From the NCBI GenBank assembly GCA_036339735.1, contig JAYZAL010000042.1, forward strand, positions 1 to 54,893: a DNA stretch of 54,893 nucleotides, in the 5' to 3' direction. Under the pieces are notes generated by a model that was given only the letters and a program-made list of their open reading frames with translations, did no database searches and was not told where the DNA came from. This DNA comes from Candidatus Poribacteria bacterium (GTDB lineage: Bacteria; Poribacteria; WGA-4E; UBA9662). Positions 9,380-18,172 of the stretch are shown here, piece after piece. Position 1 is the first letter of the stretch. The number at the start of each line of letters is the position of its first letter. Made by a program: the position numbers and the translations under genes.

Positions 9380-11215
9380 ATGTTGACACGAAAAATTTGC
9401 TTCTTTTTTTTCTTTCTTATTTTTATTTGTCCTTTTTCTTCAGCAGAGAACTATGCCTTGTTGGTTGGTATCAACAACTACCCTGACGATATCAGCCCAC
9501 TACGCTATTGTGTCGCCGATGTCTTATCTTTTCGTGATGAGTTAATTAATTTGGCTGGGTTCAAAAGGGATAAAATACTTCTAATGACTGATGATACCAA
9601 AGGAAATATGGAGCCAACTCACATTAATATCATCATGCAATTAGGCCTTTTAGCCAAACAAATTCAGCCTCCAGACACCTTTATTTTTTACTTTTCAGGG
9701 CATGGTATTGCCAATGAAGTTGGCTCTTTTCTTTTGTCCTCTAATAGCAATATTGTGACTCAAGATACGTTAGAGATGAGCGCAGTTCCCTTGGATCGTG
9801 TCAATAAAATTCTATCTTCTCTTAAAGCACAACAATTATTGGTAATTATTGATGCCTGTCGTAACAATCCGGAAGTGAACCGCGGCATTGAAGATAACTT
9901 TTTGACTGATAACTTTTCTAAAGGGTTTCAAATTCATCGTCGCAATCTTGATAATCATCAGCCTCGAGTCAGTGCTATCTTTTATGCCTGTAATGTTGGT
10001 GAGAGAGCTTACGAATGGCCAGATAAAGGTCATGGCGTTTTCAGCTATTATTTGCTACAGGGGTTGAAAGGTGAAGCCGCTAACGAGAACGGTGAAGTTA
10101 CCATTACCGATTTGGCAGACTACACGCGAAACAAGGTACTGAATTGGGCTAAAACTTACCGGGGAAAAAAGCAAACGCCGTGGTTGAACCTAACAGGTGA
10201 AACTAGATTAGTTTTGGTCGATAAAATAAAGCCAAGATTACTATCAAATGATGGTTCCAGCGTAACTGATCCGGAACTTGAAGCCTGGAAGGTCGTAAAA
10301 GACTCAGCCAATATATTAGATTTTGAAGATTTTTTGTCTGTTTTCCCCGATGGAGATCTATCGGATGTAGCACGACTGAAAATCAAGAAACTAGAGAGAG
10401 TAATTAAACCTCAGCAAGTAACCAAGCCCCTTTCTCAGCAAATACAGGCGGAGCTAGATTTAGCCCGACAACGATTTAATTTAGCAAAGAAGAATAATGA
10501 TACTGTTGCACAGGTCATATATCGTCAAAAGGAAGCACAATTATTAGCGAAACTGCGTCAAGCTGAAGCAAAGGAGAAGTTAGAAAAGCAACGCAACTGG
10601 CACAATTCTAGATTACGACAACCATATCGGACCGGTTCTCAAAACCGGTCCGATATGGTTCTAATACCAGCCGGTCCGGCCACATTGTCTTTTTATCTGG
10701 ATAAGTATGAAGTTACCAATGCCCAATATAATCGATTCGTACAGGAAACCGGACACCGAAAGCCTTACTACTGGGATGATGAATATTTCAACCAGCCGAA
10801 CCAACCCGTTGTAGGCGTTAGTTGGTATGATGCATCAGCTTATGCAAGATGGATTAACAAACGTCTGCCTTCTGAAAATGAATGGGAATGGGCAGCTCGT
10901 GGTGGTTTAAAAAACAAGCAGTATCCTTGGGGAAATCAGGAACCTAATACTAGTCGGGCCAACTACGGCCGTGATGTAGGAAAATCAAGCCCTGTCGGTA
11001 GTTACCCTGCCAATGGGTACGGATTGTACGATATGGCCGGAAATGTTTGGGAATGGTGCCATGACTGGTTTAGCCTTGACCGAGATGGAAAAGTAGTACG
11101 TGGTGGTTCCTGGTACAGTTATACTTATTCTCTGAGTGTAGAGAATCGAAACCAACTCAATCCTGATAGTCTCGATAACTTCTTCGGGTTTAGATGTGCC
11201 TCAGAATCAAATTAA
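9380..11215 (+). CDS. Secreted caspase-like (peptidase C14) protein fused to a C-terminal FGE-sulfatase (C-type-lectin-like) domain
   Basis: Signal peptide ending SSA-EN; YALLVGINNY, FYFSGHG (His) and IIDACR (Cys) dyad; GHGVFSYYLLQGLKG; C-terminal EVTNAQY, RLPSENEWEWAARGG, GLYDMAGNVWEWC, RGGSW, GFRC. Confidence 0.93.
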   Translation: MLTRKICFFFFFLIFICPFSSAENYALLVGINNYPDDISPLRYCVADVLSFRDELINLAGFKRDKILLMTDDTKGNMEPTHINIIMQLGLLAKQIQPPDTFIFYFSGHGIANEVGSFLLSSNSNIVTQDTLEMSAVPLDRVNKILSSLKAQQLLVIIDACRNNPEVNRGIEDNFLTDNFSKGFQIHRRNLDNHQPRVSAIFYACNVGERAYEWPDKGHGVFSYYLLQGLKGEAANENGEVTITDLADYTRNKVLNWAKTYRGKKQTPWLNLTGETRLVLVDKIKPRLLSNDGSSVTDPELEAWKVVKDSANILDFEDFLSVFPDGDLSDVARLKIKKLERVIKPQQVTKPLSQQIQAELDLARQRFNLAKKNNDTVAQVIYRQKEAQLLAKLRQAEAKEKLEKQRNWHNSRLRQPYRTGSQNRSDMVLIPAGPATLSFYLDKYEVTNAQYNRFVQETGHRKPYYWDDEYFNQPNQPVVGVSWYDASAYARWINKRLPSENEWEWAARGGLKNKQYPWGNQEPNTSRANYGRDVGKSSPVGSYPANGYGLYDMAGNVWEWCHDWFSLDRDGKVVRGGSWYSYTYSLSVENRNQLNPDSLDNFFGFRCASESN

Positions 11216-11412
11216 AATAACTGCTTGCATATTATTACTTGTCTGTGCTTTTACCTCTACTAGCAAAATAGCTAGTTAGTCAAGCATAAAATGGCTTTAC
11301 TTGGTCGGTTGGCGGTTCAAATTCAATCCGTTCTTTGTCTGCTATGGCGTGGTAATCGTAGATCCAATGATTCAACCAATCTCTCATATAGAAGGATGAG
11401 GATATTTCTGTA

Positions 11413-11745
11413 ATGGATTATCTTAGAGACATTAGTAAGAAAGTCAAAAATAAACTGTCAGAGCAAGATCAATCAACCCTGCAATATGAACAAAAGAAAA
11501 ACGAGTGGGTGAAATTACAAATAGAAAACCAAAATTTATATCATGATTGGAAAAATATGATGCTAGACCAGGAACCCGAGAGATGGTCAGATATCAACAG
11601 TTCCAACAGAAGCAGTCTGCCTTTCGAGGAATATGGATATTTACCTTTTCATGAACACTTAAGGCTTGGGTATGAAATATATGATCGGGATATCAAGGAT
11701 TTTAAGAAGTACCTAAAAGAACAAAATACCAATTCAAATGGCTGA
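11413..11745 (+). CDS. Hypothetical small soluble protein (110 aa)
   Basis: ATG start with AGGATGAGG upstream, charged protein-like composition, no overlap with other genes; no recognisable domain. Confidence 0.6.
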   Translation: MDYLRDISKKVKNKLSEQDQSTLQYEQKKNEWVKLQIENQNLYHDWKNMMLDQEPERWSDINSSNRSSLPFEEYGYLPFHEHLRLGYEIYDRDIKDFKKYLKEQNTNSNG

Positions 11746-11974
11746 TGGAAGTCTCGAAAATTACAAATCAATCTTGAGTCAGATTTGATATTATTACCCA
11801 CTAAGAATGGTCAAAATCCTATCTAATTTTCCCTAATTGTATTAGTCGAACACTACATCTTGACTCATACAATTTATTCCAATTTTTTCGTTGTTTATAA
11901 TTCGTTTAGTGAATTTAAATAAGAAATCATATCTCGTAGGAACAAGACTAATCTTCGATTTCGCTTGTCGCGAT

Positions 11975-13645
11975 CTATTCTAGATTTTCTGGTTGTTCCA
12001 AGGTAAGAATTTGTCTAGCGGGTATGTTATTCAATATTTGTTCACTTCCATCTGGCCAGCGAATGTTGACCTCTTCCACTACATCCACATCGCCAAGACC
12101 AAAGTGAAGACGAATATCGTTACTAACGAGGTAGCTAGATCCACTAATTACTTCACTCGTTTGAGTTAATCCATTTGTACTTATTCTTATTCTTGCACCG
12201 ATAGCATCTGTATTTTTACTTTTTCCAATAAGGCGAAACATAATCCAAGATTTGAGGTTGCCTAGATCGTTTCGAAGTATAACAGTCGGTCGGTTAGACT
12301 GGCAGACAATCAAGTCAAGGTCTCCATCATTGTCAATATCTCCACGAATTAGACCACGAACGACATAATTGGCTGGTAGAAGGTTTGTGCTAAACTTTCT
12401 TTCTTCAAATTTTCCACTTTTATTATCGAACATCTGAAGTGGCTGCGCATAAGTCATGGTCGTATCGATTAAATGGACATTATCCCAAATATGTCCGTTT
12501 CCAACTACCAAATCCGGCCATCCATTGTGATCATAATCCATAAATAGTGTACCAAAGCCAAGTAAATGAAACGAAGGTTTTGCCAATCCTAAATCAAAAG
12601 ACAAGTCTTCAAAATAGCCAGTTCCATCGTTGACCAAAAGGCAATTTGCCTCAAGAGAGAAATTTGTTACCCATAAATCAACATCTCCGTCATTGTCATA
12701 ATCTCGTGCGTCAACTCCCATAGAGGCATTGATTAATCCCTCCCCATCATAGGCAACTCCCCTTAATACTCCCTCCTCAACAAAAGTACCATCTTTCTGA
12801 TTGATATATATATTGTTTTTGTTCATATCATTCGCAACATATATATCAATCCAATTGTCATTATTCAAGTCTGAGCAGACTACGCCCAATCCGCGAGAAT
12901 CAGGTTCATAGATTCCGGCTGAGATAGTGATGTCAGAAAAAGTACCATCCCCATTATTTTGGAAGAGACGGTCACTAACACCAGAATATTCAACTGGCCC
13001 GCAGTAAATCGGAATATCCTTAAAGAAACAACGCTTCTCATTTTCTATTTCGTAGCTTACATAGTTGCAAATGTAGAGGTCAAGATCACCATCTGAGTCG
13101 ATATCGGTCCAAGCCGCGCTCGTACTAAAATCTGAACAGATCGCACCAGCTTGTTGGGTAACATCAGAAAAGGTTCCGTTACCATTATTTCGATACAGGA
13201 TATTTGGTCCAAAGTTGGTCAGATACAGATCGCGAAAACCATCTCCATCATAGTCGCCAACAATCACACCGAGACCATACTGACTGTCACCTAAACCAGA
13301 TTTCTCAGTAACATTGATCAGTTGATCACCATCGTTGCGATAAAGTTTGTTTGTTAAGCTCTGGTCTAATTGGGTTATATAATTTCCTTGTACGAGATAG
13401 AGATCTAAATCTCCGTCATTATCAAAATCGAAGAGTGCTCCACCACTTCCAATTGTTTCCACAAAATGACGCTGATCCGAGAATCCACTGACGTGGCGAA
13501 AATCTAATCCTAATTCTTTAGTAATATCATTGAAATGTTCCGGTTTTGCTGATCCGTGGTCAAGGAAATGGAAAAAGAGCAAGCCGAGAACGATCAAAAC
13601 CCGTGCCAGCATAAATATTCGAAGGTTAAATATATCTGTTATCAC
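11975..13645 (-). CDS. CRTAC1-family protein (FG-GAP repeats plus ASPIC/UnbV)
   Basis: ETIGSGGALFDFDNDGDLDLY, YRNNGNGTFSDVT, NTDAIGARI, GSSYLVSNDIRLHFGLG. Likely start MLARVLIVLG (signal peptide). Confidence 0.93.
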   Translation of the reverse strand: MITDIFNLRIFMLARVLIVLGLLFFHFLDHGSAKPEHFNDITKELGLDFRHVSGFSDQRHFVETIGSGGALFDFDNDGDLDLYLVQGNYITQLDQSLTNKLYRNDGDQLINVTEKSGLGDSQYGLGVIVGDYDGDGFRDLYLTNFGPNILYRNNGNGTFSDVTQQAGAICSDFSTSAAWTDIDSDGDLDLYICNYVSYEIENEKRCFFKDIPIYCGPVEYSGVSDRLFQNNGDGTFSDITISAGIYEPDSRGLGVVCSDLNNDNWIDIYVANDMNKNNIYINQKDGTFVEEGVLRGVAYDGEGLINASMGVDARDYDNDGDVDLWVTNFSLEANCLLVNDGTGYFEDLSFDLGLAKPSFHLLGFGTLFMDYDHNGWPDLVVGNGHIWDNVHLIDTTMTYAQPLQMFDNKSGKFEERKFSTNLLPANYVVRGLIRGDIDNDGDLDLIVCQSNRPTVILRNDLGNLKSWIMFRLIGKSKNTDAIGARIRISTNGLTQTSEVISGSSYLVSNDIRLHFGLGDVDVVEEVNIRWPDGSEQILNNIPARQILTLEQPENLE

Positions 13646-13705
13646 GGTATATTCGGTAGGTAGTGTTTACCGCTCCTAGATTCTTTCTGAAACCGTAATC
13701 AAAAT

Positions 13706-14605
13706 CTAGAAGTCAGAGGTCTTGGGTATCTTTGAGGAAGGTCGGACCACACGAAACCCGATAGAATGGCTGGAGTCAAGTGGGAAAAATTTGAATCTCA
13801 AGGCCGAACGAAGAAAAACCCGTCCACTATCCCAAGCCCCACCGCGAATTACTCGAGGGTATAGAATATCACGATGACGCAGGTTGATTGGATTCTGGCT
13901 GGGTCCGTTATGGTAAAAATCCGCGTCGTATTCATCCATACACCACTCCCAAACATTACCTGCCATATCTTCTAACCCTTCGGCAGTTGATCCTTTTGGG
14001 AATTGCCCAACAGGCATTGGACCGTCATATCTTCTGGCAAAATTGGCATGTTGACGAGATCGAGGTGAGCCGTTTCCCCAAGGGTAGGTATTCCTACGTT
14101 TGCCACGAGCAGCACGCTCCCATTGTGCTTCGGTAGGCAGGCTACCTCCGATCCACTCAGCAAACGCTTGTGCATCAAACCAAGTGACACCAACAACAGG
14201 TAATTGCGAACCAGCAAACTTTTCCTCTTGCCAAATATCCTGTCCTTGATTGCCTCGAGGTTTAGGTCGTCTATTTTCTTCCACAAATAACTTATATTGA
14301 GCATTAGTAATTTCATGCTTAGAAATATAATAAGTTGGTAGGTAAACCCGGTGTAGTGGCTTTTCAGAATCAAATGCGTGTTGTAAGTCCACCATAGCTC
14401 CCCGAAAACTAGCTTCCAGATCCAGAGTAGAAACTTCTTCAGTCTCGGAGCCCATCAGGAAATTTCCGGCAGGAATCTCAATCCATTCTATTGAATTCAA
14501 CACTTCGTGGATAGTTGTGTTAATCTGGGTGGAATCCGTCGCACCCAGATTAACACAAAACCAAAATGGAACTAATCCAAACAGAACCGTCAAGGAATAG
14601 TTCAT
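13706..14605 (-). CDS. Secreted FGE-sulfatase (SUMF1/EgtB/PvdO-like) domain protein, lacking the FGE catalytic cysteines
   Basis: IPAGNFLMGS, EITNAQY, LPTEAQWERAARG, DMAGNVWEWC, RGGAW, IGFRVV; no cysteine pair after RGG. Confidence 0.9.
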   Translation of the reverse strand: MNYSLTVLFGLVPFWFCVNLGATDSTQINTTIHEVLNSIEWIEIPAGNFLMGSETEEVSTLDLEASFRGAMVDLQHAFDSEKPLHRVYLPTYYISKHEITNAQYKLFVEENRRPKPRGNQGQDIWQEEKFAGSQLPVVGVTWFDAQAFAEWIGGSLPTEAQWERAARGKRRNTYPWGNGSPRSRQHANFARRYDGPMPVGQFPKGSTAEGLEDMAGNVWEWCMDEYDADFYHNGPSQNPINLRHRDILYPRVIRGGAWDSGRVFLRSALRFKFFPLDSSHSIGFRVVRPSSKIPKTSDF

Positions 14606-14613
14606 TTAATCTA

Positions 14614-15402
14614 CTAATCTGATTGGAGTCGTCCTTTGATGGCTCCCCAAGAGACTGGTAATTTTTGTTTCGGCAAGACTACAAATGGTTCTAGGTTATC
14701 CCTGAAATATTCATATTGAATATCTCCTTTCCCTACGGCCTCGCAATTACCAGCGTAGATGCCAATTTCGATCGGGTCTTTCAAATCCATGGTTTTGGTT
14801 TCTTGAATTTCATTCCACTCATCACCTTCTTTTTCTTTCCACCATGTGGTAAAGGTTTTGCCTTTCCGAGCTAACCGGATATAGACATCCATCGGCTTTC
14901 CAGCTTTAGGCTTAAAACCAGGAGCTTCGTTTTGTATCCCTCCTTCTCTAATTTGGAATTGGAGGATGGCATCACCGCCGCGGCCCCAAAATTTCATAGT
15001 AACCCACTCAGGCTTTCCACCTTTACCCAGAGTCGTTTGAGATAGTGCTACGACACCAGAAACAATACTTTGGGTAGCATATTCCATATAAACGTGCGTC
15101 TCAACATCGAAATCTCCACTATGTTCCTGGTAAAGTCGATTGGTGGTATCCGCGTTCCATAGATTTCGATTCGGTGCAGCGTCTATGTGAAGCCAACCTT
15201 CTTTAGTTTTTCCAACATCCCATTTTTCAGGTTCTGTACCTTCGTCCTTATTTCTGTCTTTCCATTTCCACTCAGGATTTTGCAATTTATTCCCATCAAA
15301 AGGATCGCCTAAAGACTTGGCCATCAAGCTTGGAGCCACCAAACAAAGAAGACAAACCACAAATATCGCTGAGATTTTCATAGCGATTTTTCCAATAAAC
15401 AA
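14614..15402 (-). CDS. Secreted beta-sandwich (concanavalin/DUF1349-like) protein with C-terminal KL-x3-W-x2-IK tag
   Basis: GGAGG 7 nt before a TTG start; signal peptide; GDFDVETHV, YIRLARKGKTFTTWW and IEIGIYAG resemble DUF1349-type folds; ends VVLPKQKLPVSWGAIKGRLQSD. Confidence 0.75.
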   Translation of the reverse strand: MFIGKIAMKISAIFVVCLLCLVAPSLMAKSLGDPFDGNKLQNPEWKWKDRNKDEGTEPEKWDVGKTKEGWLHIDAAPNRNLWNADTTNRLYQEHSGDFDVETHVYMEYATQSIVSGVVALSQTTLGKGGKPEWVTMKFWGRGGDAILQFQIREGGIQNEAPGFKPKAGKPMDVYIRLARKGKTFTTWWKEKEGDEWNEIQETKTMDLKDPIEIGIYAGNCEAVGKGDIQYEYFRDNLEPFVVLPKQKLPVSWGAIKGRLQSD

Positions 15403-15705
15403 AATTTTACCTCCATCGTATCATCGAGTACTGATTTTCTTGTACATAACAAAAGTGTGTCAAGAAAATAACAATAAGACCCGTATTCTGTCAAAATTCT
15501 ATTGAATGGTCAAGTTGAAAAATGAAAAATTAAGATAATAACGGCGTTCAAATTAAAGCACACAATTAACATTTACGAAAATTGCGAGATTCACGGCTAA
15601 GTGTTATAGGAAAAGAGAATGAACTCGTTTGGACTTCAGTAAAAATTTAATTCTTCAACCAAACTAAGATTTTTCATTCTAGTTCTAAAGAATATTAAGA
15701 ACGTT

Positions 15706-15775
15706 TTCAGAAAGTTTCCGAGTCATTCCATATAACTCGGAAAAACAGAAGGAACTGCTCTGATGAGTTTCTGAA
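15706..15775. other. Nested inverted repeats (possible terminator or structured RNA)
   Basis: TTCAGAAA (15706-15713) pairs with TTTCTGAA (15768-15775) and encloses TTTCCGAGT (15715-15723) / ACTCGGAAA (15735-15743). Confidence 0.4.
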
Positions 15776-15785
15776 CGATTTGGAA

Positions 15786-15971
15786 CTAGAAAATCAGCTT
15801 AAAGACTAAATCAACCATTCGATCGAACAAATCAGAGTCTAGGATCAGCACGAAAATTATAATACTAAGCCCCTGGCCAAAAATAGTAGCCAAACACGAC
15901 TGGCTTAAGAAATTCAAAAATCTGACCCAATCAAATTGAAAGACAACGACTACAAGTATAAAGAGCCACAA
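15786..15971 (-). CDS. Possible small hydrophobic (two-TM-like) protein
   Basis: 61-codon ORF with two hydrophobic stretches, co-oriented with both neighbours; TTG start with no clear RBS, so it may be spurious. Confidence 0.25.
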   Translation of the reverse strand: MWLFILVVVVFQFDWVRFLNFLSQSCLATIFGQGLSIIIFVLILDSDLFDRMVDLVFKLIF

Positions 15972-16047
15972 CGACCTAAACCATTGAATAGCTGGGTTAA
16001 ATTCGTATTCGAAGCCAATTAACTTTATCAGTTTTTCAAATACCGAC

Positions 16048-17472
16048 TTACTTCAGGATTACCATTTTTCTGGTTTTAATATAATTACCCGCTTGTAACT
16101 GATAGAAGTAAATACCATTAGCCGCTACTTCGCCTTTATCTGTTTCTCCATTCCAGTAGGCCGACCGGCCTGAAGTTAAATATCTACCGGCCGTTACCAT
16201 GCCTAGTTCCAGTTGTCGAATCAATTGACTCTTAACATCATAGATACGGATGATTACCTCTGTGTCTTGACCTAATTCAAAAGGTATCCACGTATCAGGG
16301 TTAAAAGGATTAGGATAATTAGCCAACAGTTGCGTTGTCGTCGGTAATCTTTCTAGCAGAACGGATTGTAACCATCTTAATACTACCTCTTCGGCAACTG
16401 AGCGTTGTGAACTGACTAACAGTTGATCCACCACAAAAGCTAGATCTCGCTTTTGCTGAGTAGTTAGCATAATCTCGGAGGCCGTCGACGGCGAAACTAA
16501 TAATTGACCAAAACTACCAGCGATTATTACCAGATCAAAGATATTGACCAGATTATCTCCATTTACATCGCCAACCAAGTCAGTTCCCATTTTTCTAAAT
16601 GAACCAACTGCTATCACTAAGTCAAAGATGTTGACTATACCATCTTCGTTAATATCACCGATTAACGCTCCCACCTGTTTGGTTCTAACACTTGATACTG
16701 TTCGAAATCCAGATAAGCTATATCTAACCGATGGGGCATGGTAACTGCGGTGAGTTAGTCGCAGGGTCTTCTTATAATTATTCCAAGATCCACCCCGCAA
16801 TACTCTTATTTCGCCGGTATTTGGTCCTGTTGGGTTACTTGCTGGCGAGCTTTCATAGTAGCCTTTATCATACCAATCAGCACACCATTCCCATACATTT
16901 CCGACCATATCGTATAAACCATACCCATTAGGTTTAAAACTACCTACTGGTGAACAAAGGTCCCACTTATCTTTACCGCCAGTTCCAGAATAGTTAGCGT
17001 AATCACGTGCAGCATCCCAATTATCTCCCCATGGATACTGTTTACCGACGAGACGACCCCGGCACGCATACTCCCACTCAGCTTCGGTTGGCAAACGCTT
17101 ACCCGCCCATCGAGCATAGGCACTGGCGTCATCCCAATCCAGTCGGACCATCGGATAATCATCTGCTGGCGAATACTCCGCTACCTTACTCCAGAGATGT
17201 GCCGGATAATCATAACCGCTCTGATTGATAAATTGCCTGAACTGACCTACGGTTACCTGATGTTTGTCCATGTAGAACGAATCTAATTCGACTCTATGTA
17301 CAGGACGTTCGCTTATATCCCCGTCGTTCAAATGATCGCCCATCTCAAATGCCCCGGATGGTATCAAAACCATTTCTGCTCCATCCTTCGGCCAAGTGAT
17401 TTGTTGCTGGCCTGTGACAAATAATGAGAAGGAAAGTAACAAAAATAGGGACTGAAAAAATAAGATTTTCAT
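16048..17472 (-). CDS. Secreted FGE-sulfatase-domain protein with dockerin-like repeat and C-terminal FlgD-Ig/T9SS type A-like sorting domain
   Basis: Signal peptide; KDGAEMVLIP, RLPTEAEWEYACRG, RVLRGGSW; duplicated GDINEDGIVNIFDLV / GDVNGDNLVNIFDLV; NYPNPFNPDTWIPF...WNG...GIYFYQLQAG...TRKMVILK. Confidence 0.92.
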   Translation of the reverse strand: MKILFFQSLFLLLSFSLFVTGQQQITWPKDGAEMVLIPSGAFEMGDHLNDGDISERPVHRVELDSFYMDKHQVTVGQFRQFINQSGYDYPAHLWSKVAEYSPADDYPMVRLDWDDASAYARWAGKRLPTEAEWEYACRGRLVGKQYPWGDNWDAARDYANYSGTGGKDKWDLCSPVGSFKPNGYGLYDMVGNVWEWCADWYDKGYYESSPASNPTGPNTGEIRVLRGGSWNNYKKTLRLTHRSYHAPSVRYSLSGFRTVSSVRTKQVGALIGDINEDGIVNIFDLVIAVGSFRKMGTDLVGDVNGDNLVNIFDLVIIAGSFGQLLVSPSTASEIMLTTQQKRDLAFVVDQLLVSSQRSVAEEVVLRWLQSVLLERLPTTTQLLANYPNPFNPDTWIPFELGQDTEVIIRIYDVKSQLIRQLELGMVTAGRYLTSGRSAYWNGETDKGEVAANGIYFYQLQAGNYIKTRKMVILK

Positions 17473-17828
17473 TGTAGAGTAACTCGTTTATCAAGTCATA
17501 GAATAAGTCAGGAGATTATCTAACAGGTCAGGTAACGAAATCAATGCACATTCAGATGGTTATTTTTTTTAAACGGACAAAGAAGGTACAGATAACAGGA
17601 AAAGTACGACAAATCATTAAATAGGAAAAACAGTAAACACAACCTTCGTGTCCCTAACTTGATTAGCCCTTCGAATTTTATATCTTGTTAACAGAAATAT
17701 TATATTAAAATACGATTGATCATTTCGTATAATTTGATAAAGATCAGGTTTGGAAGGCAATGGAGTATCTAATTTGTGGCGTTAATCCTGCCAAAGTTGA
17801 AGGGATTGTAGTTTAACTTTTTGGTAAG

Positions 17829-17985
17829 TGAGGTGATGATGGGTCGAAACCTGAGACGAGGTTTTGTTAGTCGGTAGTGGTGTTATCGGTTATTTACCTC
17901 ATTGTAGAAAGTGAAACGACCGACAGAGGCCAAGCGTAATATCGGACCTCAGTCATCCTCTGTCGTTATCCGACTTAATTAAGTC
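17829..17985. other. Cluster of inverted repeats in a long divergent intergenic region (candidate structured RNA or regulatory element)
   Basis: TGAGGTGA/TTACCTCA, AAACCT/AGGTTT, CGACAGAGG (17921-17929)/CCTCTGTCG (17957-17965), and perfect palindrome GACTTAATTAAGTC (17972-17985). Confidence 0.4.
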
Positions 17986-18172
17986 AAACACTTATTTTAT
18001 TTTTGCCATTTTCTCGTGCGTCTTTATAGATTTGCCAAGCCCTAGTCATGGGTTAACTATATATATTAGTTCCGTTTATTAACTTTTTCATTAGGCCAAA
18101 ATCAAAATCTGAAAATCTACATTTTCAAAATTTAAAAACTAAATATATAATTTGATAAAAGAGGTAGAAATT

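Noticed and set aside
13706-14605. FGE-fold proteins as maturases for the sulfatase at 47377
   Set aside because: They lack the catalytic cysteine pair and have signal peptides, while the sulfatase appears cytoplasmic.
15706-15775. Hammerhead ribozyme (contains CTGATGAG and GAAA)
   Set aside because: The stems do not place GAAA directly after the stem II partner, and no properly positioned cleavage triplet is present.
9380-17472. Complete DGR cassette around the FGE-fold genes
   Set aside because: No reverse transcriptase, Avd-like gene or AAC-rich template repeat seen in the window; only a possible remote target is kept as a finding.
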